Source: Candidatus Saccharimonadales bacterium (lineage in GTDB: Bacteria; Patescibacteriota; Saccharimonadia; Saccharimonadales; UBA10212). From it: a DNA stretch of 52,666 nt. A model generated the notes under the pieces. It had not been told where the DNA came from and searched no databases. It saw only the letters and a program-made list of their open reading frames with translations. The stretch spans positions 1-52,666 of the forward strand of contig JANWHE010000009.1 in NCBI GenBank assembly GCA_025450575.1. Direction: 5' to 3'. The position numbers and the translations under genes are program-made. Positions 9,855-17,132 of the stretch are shown here, piece by piece (position 1 is the first letter of the stretch; every line of letters starts with the position of its first letter).

Positions 9855-11450
9855 ATGCAAGATGTCCGGTCACAGGAAGAGGGGGTAGCCGCCCGGCGCG
9901 CCCAAGTCCTGGGGCTCAGTTATGTCGATACCTCTAAGCTGCAGAAACAGCTGTATAAGAATGTCTTAAGCGCCACGGAGATGTATCAGCTCAAAGTGGT
10001 GCCGCTGGTGGCCGATGCCCACAATATCCACTTCGGCATTCTGACCACTACCGCCCAGCAGACTATCAATAATCTGCGCGGCCGTTTTACCGATCAGCGG
10101 CTGGTCTTTTCGGTTATCTCCGATTCTGGCTTCAAAGAATATATGAGCCTCTATGATCCGCCTAAGAAGGTTGACTATGAAGACATCAGCCTGGCGGATG
10201 ACCGATCCAGCCAACTGATCGACCAGGTCAGCCGGACGCTGGACCAGGTGCGGCCGGACGATATGCTGGCTTACCTTGTGCAGCAGGCTTACCAGCTGAA
10301 AGCCAGTGATATCCACCTGGAATGCCAGAAAGAGAATATCAGGGTCAGGTTCCGCGTGCATGGCGTTCTACACCCCGTGGCCTATATCGGCCACGACAAG
10401 TACCGCCACTTCGTGGCCAGCCTAGCCAGCGCCGCCAATGTCTATGCCGAAGCTACGGAGCCGCAGACCGGCCACATCAGCCGGGCTTATAAATTGGCGA
10501 CCGGCGAAGAGGTTACGGTCAACCTGCGCGTGGAAACCGTGCCATCGGTTTATGGGATGGATGCCGTCATGCGGCTGTTCAATATGGATCTCCAGATGCT
10601 CAAGCTGGAGAATCTGGGCTTAAGTCAAAAAGAGACCGCGGTCGTCGATGATATCATCCAGCATCCGACTGGCATGGTGCTGATTGTCGGGCCCACCGGC
10701 TCGGGCAAAACGACCACCCTTTACTCGTTGATAAATACCCTTAACACGCCGCAGCGTAAGATTATCACTCTGGAAGACCCGGTCGAGTATAATCTTCCGG
10801 GCGTCACTCAGATACCGGTGGCCGGTCAGCTGGAAGGCCATGATTTCGCCGAGCGGCTACGGGCCGTACTGCGCCTGGATCCGGACGTGGTGATGGTCGG
10901 CGAGATCCGCGACGCCGACACCGCCAAGACGGCTCTGCAGGGCGCCTTGACCGGACATCTGGTGCTCAGCACCTTCCATGCCAGCAGCAGCGCCGCCGCC
11001 CTGACGCGGATGGCCGATATGGTCGGCATAAACCCGCTGTTCGCCAGCGCCATACACCTGGTGATGGCCCAGCGCCTGGTCCGCCGGCTGGATGATACCA
11101 CTAAACAGCCGTACGAACCGGACGAAGCTCTGCGGGCCCAGGTCCAAGGCGTCCTAGACAGCCTGCCGCCCGGCGAAGATAAACCGGACATCAGCGGGCT
11201 CAAACTGTATAAGCCGGGCAGTTCGCCGCAGTATCCGTTCGGCTTCAGCGGCCAGCTGGCCATCCGCGAGCAGTTTCAGATGACGGCCGGCGTCCAGCAG
11301 CTGCTTAAGCTGCCGGTCAATCAGATAACCACCGAAAGCCTGGAAGCCCAAGCCGTCAAAGACGGTATGCGTACCATGCTGCAGGACGGCGTCTTAAAGG
11401 CTATTGCCGGCTTAACAACGCTCGAAGAAGTCTACCGGGTCGCCGGCTGA
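9855..11450 (+). CDS. GspE/PulE/PilB-family secretion/pilus ATPase
   Basis: ASDIHLE; Walker A GPTGSGKTT; Asp box TLEDPVEY; Walker B LRLDPDVVMVGEIRD; His box TGHLVLSTFH. Confidence 0.93.
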   Translation: MQDVRSQEEGVAARRAQVLGLSYVDTSKLQKQLYKNVLSATEMYQLKVVPLVADAHNIHFGILTTTAQQTINNLRGRFTDQRLVFSVISDSGFKEYMSLYDPPKKVDYEDISLADDRSSQLIDQVSRTLDQVRPDDMLAYLVQQAYQLKASDIHLECQKENIRVRFRVHGVLHPVAYIGHDKYRHFVASLASAANVYAEATEPQTGHISRAYKLATGEEVTVNLRVETVPSVYGMDAVMRLFNMDLQMLKLENLGLSQKETAVVDDIIQHPTGMVLIVGPTGSGKTTTLYSLINTLNTPQRKIITLEDPVEYNLPGVTQIPVAGQLEGHDFAERLRAVLRLDPDVVMVGEIRDADTAKTALQGALTGHLVLSTFHASSSAAALTRMADMVGINPLFASAIHLVMAQRLVRRLDDTTKQPYEPDEALRAQVQGVLDSLPPGEDKPDISGLKLYKPGSSPQYPFGFSGQLAIREQFQMTAGVQQLLKLPVNQITTESLEAQAVKDGMRTMLQDGVLKAIAGLTTLEEVYRVAG

Positions 11451-11503
11451 GACCGCCCAAAGGGTTGCTTAAGGTGTTAAGATAGTGTAAAATTTATCAG
11501 TCT

Positions 11504-12091
11504 ATGGAAAGTGTTGCCCGTAAGGTATCCGATAAACAGAAGAAAAAAGCCGTCGTCGATGTCCGGCCCGGCGATACCGTTCGCGTGCACCAGAAAATCC
11601 GCGAAGGCGGTAAGGAACGTATCCAGATTTTCGAAGGCCTGGTCATCAAAGCCAGCCGCAAAAACAGCCTGACCAGCAGCTTTGCCGTCCGCCGCATCGC
11701 CAGCGGTATCGGCGTGGAAAAATCATTTTTAATCCATTCGCCAAATATCCTTAAAGTGGAGATTGTCCGCCGCAGCAAAGTCCGCCGCAACTACCTGACC
11801 TACATGCGCGAGCTGACCGGCAAGAGCGCTCGTTTAACGGGGGTAGATTTTGATAAGAAATCCGTGAATGAGATCAAAGACGAGGCCGCCGAAGCCGAAG
11901 AAGAGCGTATCCACGAAGAGCAGGTCGCCGATTATGATCCCGCGGCCGCCAAGGCCGAAAAAGCCGCCGAAGAGGCCGAAGCCGCGGCCGCTACCGCCGA
12001 AGCGCCTAAATCCGAATCCGAGAAAATCGAAGAGCAGCCTAAAGAAAAAGCCGAAGCCAAAGGGCCGGCCGAACCCCAGAACAAAGAATAG
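11504..12091 (+). CDS. rplS: 50S ribosomal protein L19 with acidic C-terminal extension
   Basis: PGDTVRVHQKIREGGKERIQIFEG, VRRIASGIGVEK, VRRNYLTY, then about 80 aa of E/A/K-rich tail. Confidence 0.96.
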   Translation: MESVARKVSDKQKKKAVVDVRPGDTVRVHQKIREGGKERIQIFEGLVIKASRKNSLTSSFAVRRIASGIGVEKSFLIHSPNILKVEIVRRSKVRRNYLTYMRELTGKSARLTGVDFDKKSVNEIKDEAAEAEEERIHEEQVADYDPAAAKAEKAAEEAEAAAATAEAPKSESEKIEEQPKEKAEAKGPAEPQNKE

Positions 12092-12093
12092 CC

Positions 12094-12188
12094 GCGAGCC
12101 TCTTCCAAAACGGAGCCCGTTCCACGCGGGGCCTAAACGGCTCCGGTTGCTACTAGGGCATCCACGCTCCTTTTTGGAAGACACTCGC
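12094..12188. repeat. About 95-nt imperfect palindromic/structured intergenic element
   Basis: Terminal inverted repeat GCGAG-cc-TCTTCCAAAA ... TTTTGGAAGA-ca-CTCGC with internal hairpins; TCCACGC occurs twice. Confidence 0.6.
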
Positions 12189-12230
12189 TCCAACTAGACA
12201 GAGAGTAGTGCTAATGGCATACTTTTAGAC

Positions 12231-12785
12231 ATGATAGGGGTAGACGAAGTGGGGAGGGGCTGTTTAGCCGGGCCGCTGCTGGTCGTAGCCGCCAGAGCTA
12301 AATCGGAGTTGCCACTGGCGCTCAAGGACTCCAAATTATTATCAAGAAAACAGAGGGAAAAAATACTTGACTTGTTAAGTATTTCCTGCGAATGGGGCGA
12401 AGGCTGGGTGAAGTGTTCGGAAATCGACAAACTGGGATTATCCAAAGCGTTGGCGCTAGGCGGCCGTAGAGCGCTGGAAAGTTTAGGCGCAAAGTCTGAT
12501 GATGAGATCATCCTGGACGGTAAGTTCAATTACGTGCCGAAGAAGTTCAGAAATTCCCAAGCTATCATAAAAGCTGACAACTCAATCCCGATAGTTTCGG
12601 CCGCCAGCATCATCGCTAAAGTCACCCGCGACTGCTATATGGTGGAATTGGCGAAAAGGCACCCGCTTTACGATTTTGAGAATCACGTCGGCTACGGCAC
12701 CAAAGCCCACATGCTTGCGCTCAAACGCCGCGGCGCGCTTAAATACGTGCACCGGCTGACATTCGCGCCGATCGCCAATCTTTAA
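12231..12785 (+). CDS. rnhB: Ribonuclease HII
   Basis: IGVDEVGRGCLAGP, LKDSK, VSAASIIAKVTRD, GYGT..H. Confidence 0.96.
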   Translation: MIGVDEVGRGCLAGPLLVVAARAKSELPLALKDSKLLSRKQREKILDLLSISCEWGEGWVKCSEIDKLGLSKALALGGRRALESLGAKSDDEIILDGKFNYVPKKFRNSQAIIKADNSIPIVSAASIIAKVTRDCYMVELAKRHPLYDFENHVGYGTKAHMLALKRRGALKYVHRLTFAPIANL

Positions 12786-12797
12786 CGAAGACTAGTT

Positions 12798-13139
12798 ATA
12801 AAAACCACAGAGCAAGGCTTGATGGCCGAAAAGGCCTTGGCTGATCTGCTGGAGCAGCAGGGTTTTGAGATAATCGACCGTAACTGGAAAACCAAAGTCT
12901 GCGAGATCGATATAGTCGCCCAAAACCGCGGCGCCGTGTTTTTCGTGGAAGTAAAATACCGGCGCGGCGATTTCCAGGGCGACGGCTTTGAATACATTAC
13001 GGCTCAAAAACTTCATAAAATGAATTTTGCCGCCGAAATCTGGAAACAGACTTATAAATGGGGCGGCGATTACCGGCTGATGGCGGCGGCCGTCAGCGGA
13101 CCGGATTGTGAGGATATCCAGCTGATCGAGCTGGATTAA
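12798..13139 (+). CDS. yraN: YraN/UPF0102 family predicted endonuclease (start uncertain: ATA 12798, TTG 12819 or ATG 12822)
   Basis: IIDRNW..CEIDIVA..VFFVEVKYR; classical position after rnhB. The in-frame upstream KTTEQG..AE resembles the family N-terminus. Confidence 0.85.
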   Translation: MKTTEQGLMAEKALADLLEQQGFEIIDRNWKTKVCEIDIVAQNRGAVFFVEVKYRRGDFQGDGFEYITAQKLHKMNFAAEIWKQTYKWGGDYRLMAAAVSGPDCEDIQLIELD

Positions 13140-15706
13140 AGGTTTTTAAGCCAGTCTTTGACCGATTGTTCGTTGCGCTGGCGCCAGCTGATGCGTCCTG
13201 CGATTTCCTCGATGCCCAGCTGGATGGCCCGCTCCAAAGCCAGGTTGGTCTTCGGTCCGAAAAACGTTTCATATTCAGCCAGCTGCTCGGACTTGGAAAA
13301 AACCATCGCCGAATAGCGCGGGAAACGGTCATAAGATTTATCGCTGCCGTAATTTTTTTCCACCCAGTCCCAACTATCCTGCAGCCATCGCCAAGCCGCG
13401 TCCGTAGCGTAGCGATTGCGCATTAACCAAGCGAACCAAGTCGGCGCATCCTGCAGCCGGACGTCCGGCCCGGCAATCATCGAGAGCAGCTGCTTGATTT
13501 TGGTGGCCTGGCGCGTAGAGCTTAGCTCGGAAGCTACCTCGTCTTTCTCGTCGGCGTTCTGTAGCGAGCTATGAAGGCTGAGTAACCGGTTAAAGTCGGA
13601 ATCTGTCCCATAACGCACGCCTATGAAGTAAACGACCGACCGGATGTCCGGCGCTAAATCGGCCGGCTCTTTGAAGTTCTTAAACAGTCTTAGCCCCTCT
13701 TCGATTACCGCCGGCTCTTCGGCGGCCGCCGCTAGGCTTAAGGCCAGGCCGCGAAGTTTGAGTCTTTGGGCCGGTTCGTTTTTAGCGGCTACCCAGCCCA
13801 GCTCCTTGACTAGCGGCGCGGCCAGCGGCCGGATAAAACCATTAAGTTTCTTTTCTAGTGCCTCATTTTTATCAATCAAGTTCCGGGCGTTGCCGATGAT
13901 TCCGGCCAGCATGCTCCAGACGGCCTCGTCACGTTCATTTATGTAAGCCGGTAGCAATTGGACGTTCTGCAGGGTGGAGACCTGGCCGGCCCGTTCCAGC
14001 AGCAGGTAGTTCTGGACCAGGAGTAACCGGTCAATCGGGGTCAGGACGCCTTTTCGGGTGGCGGCCAATATCTCTTCAAAGTGGCGCTCATTCTGATACT
14101 TGGCCACGAAATAGCTATGGCCATCATGATTCAGAGTCAGTGGGTAGTTTGCTTTTCCAGTGACCGTAAGGGTGCTCTTGGTGGTCTTAAGAAGCGGTTT
14201 ATCTAGCGGCAGAGAGGCCGCCAGCGGCACTTGCCAGACGGATTTCGGACCGGGATCCTGGCCGACGACCAGCCGCTGCTGGGTCAGCGTAAGTTCTTGG
14301 CCGCCCGGCAAGTAATCGACTTCGACCACCGGATAGCCCGGTTTTTGCAGCCAAGTGCGCATGATGCCGCTAATCTTGATGCCGCTGGCCTTTTCCAGAT
14401 GGTTCCATAGGTCGTCAGCCACCGTGTTCCGGTAGGCGAACTCCTCAAAATAACGCTTTAAGCCGACTCTGAAATTATCTTCGCCGACCAAGTGGCGGAC
14501 CATGTTCAGCAGACTGCCGCCTTTGGCGTAGACGATCGAAGGATCGAATATCGAGGCCAGCTCGTCCGGGTGGTTCACTTCGGTTTGGACGGCTTGAACC
14601 GTAGGCAGGCAATCACGGGCCAAGGCGCTGCCGATTTCGCGGCGCGCGAACTCGTTCCAGATATCCCATTCCGGAAACAGCTCGTCGACCGCCCGATATT
14701 CCATAAGGTCGGCGAAGCTTTCATTCAGCCACAAGTCGTTCCACCATTCCATGGTCACTAAGTTGCCGAACCATTGGTGGGCCAGCTCGTGGCAGATGAC
14801 CATCGCCACGAACTGTTTAGTTTCAATAGAGCTGCTTTTAGGATTGACGTAAAGCACCGATTCGCGGAAGGTCACTAGCCCCCAGTTCTCCATGGCCCCA
14901 GCCGAAAAATCCGGCAGACCGATAAGATCGAGCTTCGGCAGCGGGTAGGCGACGCTGTAATAATCTTCGAAAAATTCCAGGCAGCGGACGGCGGTATCTA
15001 ACGCGAAATCCGTCAGCTTGACCTTATCAGGCGTGGCGTAAACACGCACCTCGACACCTGTTTTAGTCTTGGCCGATTTATAACCCAGTTCGCCGTAGGC
15101 GAAAGCTAGTAAGTAGGGGCTCATCCTGGGGGTGGTCTCGAACTTCGTCTCCAGCAGCCGGTCGCCTTTGGTCTGGGATTTTATAGGCGTGTTGGCGATG
15201 ACGGTCTCATCGGCCGGTGAAACAAGAGTCAAGTCGAAGGCGGCTTTGGCCTCCGGTTCGTCAATGCACGGGAAGGCTTCGCGGGCATGGTGGCTCTCGA
15301 ACTGGGTGGCAATCAGCTGCTTTTTGACGCCGCCAACCTCGAAATTACAGGGATATATGCCGTGCATCGGCTCGGTGATTTTGCCGGAAAACTCCAGTTC
15401 AACCGTGTACCTTCCCGGGTAAAGCTGCTCAGCAGCGTGCAGGCGCAGTTCGTCGAAAGATTTCTGGATATTTATTCTCTCGACCGCTATCCGGGCGTCG
15501 CCGGACCGTTTGTCGTGCCGGATTATTCCGGCCGTTTTGATTTTCAGATCTTTCTGATGCAAGGTGATTCTGGAGCTCGGCCGGCCGGTTTTGCGGCCCT
15601 TGATAACGACGCGGCCGGTGAACTCCATTTTGCCGCGGTCGGGCGTTAAGAACAGATCATAATGGTCTGGCTGGAACTCCCTAAAAAGTCGTTTTACCTT
15701 CTTCAC
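13136..15706 (-). CDS. pepN: M1-family aminopeptidase N (probable start GTG at 15706)
   Basis: ATQFESHHAREAFPCIDEP, GAMENWGL, HELAHQWFGNLVT..WLNES, YAKGG; ERAP1-like C-terminal domain. A -10 box TAAACT lies 8 nt upstream of the GTG. Confidence 0.95.
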   Translation of the reverse strand: MKKVKRLFREFQPDHYDLFLTPDRGKMEFTGRVVIKGRKTGRPSSRITLHQKDLKIKTAGIIRHDKRSGDARIAVERINIQKSFDELRLHAAEQLYPGRYTVELEFSGKITEPMHGIYPCNFEVGGVKKQLIATQFESHHAREAFPCIDEPEAKAAFDLTLVSPADETVIANTPIKSQTKGDRLLETKFETTPRMSPYLLAFAYGELGYKSAKTKTGVEVRVYATPDKVKLTDFALDTAVRCLEFFEDYYSVAYPLPKLDLIGLPDFSAGAMENWGLVTFRESVLYVNPKSSSIETKQFVAMVICHELAHQWFGNLVTMEWWNDLWLNESFADLMEYRAVDELFPEWDIWNEFARREIGSALARDCLPTVQAVQTEVNHPDELASIFDPSIVYAKGGSLLNMVRHLVGEDNFRVGLKRYFEEFAYRNTVADDLWNHLEKASGIKISGIMRTWLQKPGYPVVEVDYLPGGQELTLTQQRLVVGQDPGPKSVWQVPLAASLPLDKPLLKTTKSTLTVTGKANYPLTLNHDGHSYFVAKYQNERHFEEILAATRKGVLTPIDRLLLVQNYLLLERAGQVSTLQNVQLLPAYINERDEAVWSMLAGIIGNARNLIDKNEALEKKLNGFIRPLAAPLVKELGWVAAKNEPAQRLKLRGLALSLAAAAEEPAVIEEGLRLFKNFKEPADLAPDIRSVVYFIGVRYGTDSDFNRLLSLHSSLQNADEKDEVASELSSTRQATKIKQLLSMIAGPDVRLQDAPTWFAWLMRNRYATDAAWRWLQDSWDWVEKNYGSDKSYDRFPRYSAMVFSKSEQLAEYETFFGPKTNLALERAIQLGIEEIAGRISWRQRNEQSVKDWLKNL

Positions 15707-15732
15707 TTTGCAATAGTTTAACATCTAAAAGC

Positions 15733-15760
15733 TTGCTATCTGTAAGCATTTTGATATAAT
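15733..15760 (+). promoter_or_regulatory. sigma70-type promoter for nusA
   Basis: TTGCTA (15733-38), 16 bp, TATAAT (15755-60), with an extended TGn motif. Confidence 0.65.
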
Positions 15761-15771
15761 TAATTCAGTTC

Positions 15772-15796
15772 ATCCGGCCGGCAGGTCGGATTTTTT
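15772..15796 (+). terminator. Terminator-like hairpin in the nusA 5' leader (candidate attenuator)
   Basis: ATCCGGCC-GGCA-GGTCGGAT followed by TTTTT, located between the promoter and the SD (AAGGAG). Confidence 0.6.
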
Positions 15797-15814
15797 CATG
15801 AAAAGGAGTTAAAA

Positions 15815-16993
15815 ATGGAAATGGATTTTAAACAGTTGGCGCAGGCAATCAAGCTGATCGCCGAAGAAAAAAACCTGCCCGAAGAGCAGGTCCAAGAGAT
15901 AGTTCAACAGGCTTTGGCCGCCGCTTGGCGCCGCGACTACGGCGACCGCGAACAAGAGGTCCGGGTGACCATGAATCTGAATACCGGCGAAGTCACCGCT
16001 TACGTCACCAAAGAAATCGTCGATGAGGTCGAGAACCCGCATCTGCAGATTAGCCTGGGTGATGCTCAAGTCATCAGAAAGAACGCGAAGGTCGGCGAAA
16101 CCGTTGAGATAGTCCAGAAAGTCGAAGATTTCGGCCGGGTAGCCGCCCAGACCGCCAAACAGGTGATTTTGCAGCGCCTGCGGGAAGCCGAGCGCGAGAT
16201 TGTGCTGGCCGAATACGAGGACAAGATCGGCGGCATCGTTAATGGCACCGTAACCCGCGTCGAAGGCCGTGTGGTCCGCATCGAGCTAGGCCGGGCCCAA
16301 GGCCTGATGCCGGCCAGCGAACAGATCCAGGGCGAACGCTATTACCCCGGACAGCGCCTTAAATTTTATCTGAAAGACGTCGAAAAAAGTTTCCGCGGCC
16401 CGCAGCTGATAGTCAGCCGCGGCTCCAAGGAATTCATCGAATTGTTATTCGCCTCCGAAGTGCCGGAAATGGAGAATAAGGCGGTAGAGATAAAGGCCGT
16501 GGCCCGCGAAGCCGGCGTGCGGTCCAAAATCGCCGTCAGCTCCAATGTCCAGGGCGTCGACCCGGTCGGCACCTTCGTGGGCGGCCATGGTACGCGCATC
16601 AACGCCGTCCGCGATGAAATCGGCAGCCAGGAAATGATTGATATCGTCGTCTGGGACGAGGACAAAGCTACTTTCGTCGCCAACGCCATGAAGCCGGCCA
16701 ACGTCGCCAGAGTAGAGATCAAGGGCGAAAAAGCCAAAGTCATAGTGCCGGAAGACCAGCTTAGCATCGCTATCGGCAAAGCCGGCCAGAACGTGCGTTT
16801 AGCCGGCAAGCTGACCGGTTACGAATTGGATGTCGAGGCCGATAAACCGGCCGGCGCGGTTGAGCAGACGGTCCCGGCGCCCAGCGAAGGCGTGGAATCT
16901 AAGCCGGTAATCCAGAAGCTGAAGAAAAAATCCGACCTGGAGAATTCACTGCTGGAAGCTATCGAAGAACACGGCACCGATACCAGTAAATAA
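15815..16993 (+). CDS. nusA: Transcription termination/antitermination factor NusA
   Basis: FGRVAAQTAKQVILQRLREAER; S1 domain; AREAGVRSKIAV; KH motif QLSIAIGKAGQNVRLA. Confidence 0.97.
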   Translation: MEMDFKQLAQAIKLIAEEKNLPEEQVQEIVQQALAAAWRRDYGDREQEVRVTMNLNTGEVTAYVTKEIVDEVENPHLQISLGDAQVIRKNAKVGETVEIVQKVEDFGRVAAQTAKQVILQRLREAEREIVLAEYEDKIGGIVNGTVTRVEGRVVRIELGRAQGLMPASEQIQGERYYPGQRLKFYLKDVEKSFRGPQLIVSRGSKEFIELLFASEVPEMENKAVEIKAVAREAGVRSKIAVSSNVQGVDPVGTFVGGHGTRINAVRDEIGSQEMIDIVVWDEDKATFVANAMKPANVARVEIKGEKAKVIVPEDQLSIAIGKAGQNVRLAGKLTGYELDVEADKPAGAVEQTVPAPSEGVESKPVIQKLKKKSDLENSLLEAIEEHGTDTSK

Positions 16994-17012
16994 GAATTAA
17001 TCCGGTTTTAAA

Positions 17013-17039
17013 TTAGCACTCTTGACACTAGAGTGCTAA
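17013..17039. promoter_or_regulatory. CIRCE element (HrcA operator) overlapping the clpC promoter -35
   Basis: TTAGCACTC-N9-GAGTGCTAA is a perfect consensus match. The N9 spacer contains TTGACA (17022-27); TATCAT is at 17046-51. Confidence 0.93.
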
Positions 17040-17132
17040 TTTTTGTATCATACAAGTACGCTGAATCGCTTTTCTCAATCTGTAAAAGAGGTTACAGCTA
17101 AAGCTAAGATTTAGAGGGTATAAAATAAGTAT

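Noticed and set aside
11880-12070. Repetitive GCCGAA-rich tract as CRISPR or tandem repeat
   Set aside because: Explained by Ala/Glu codons of the L19 tail; no fixed repeat-spacer periodicity and no cas genes.
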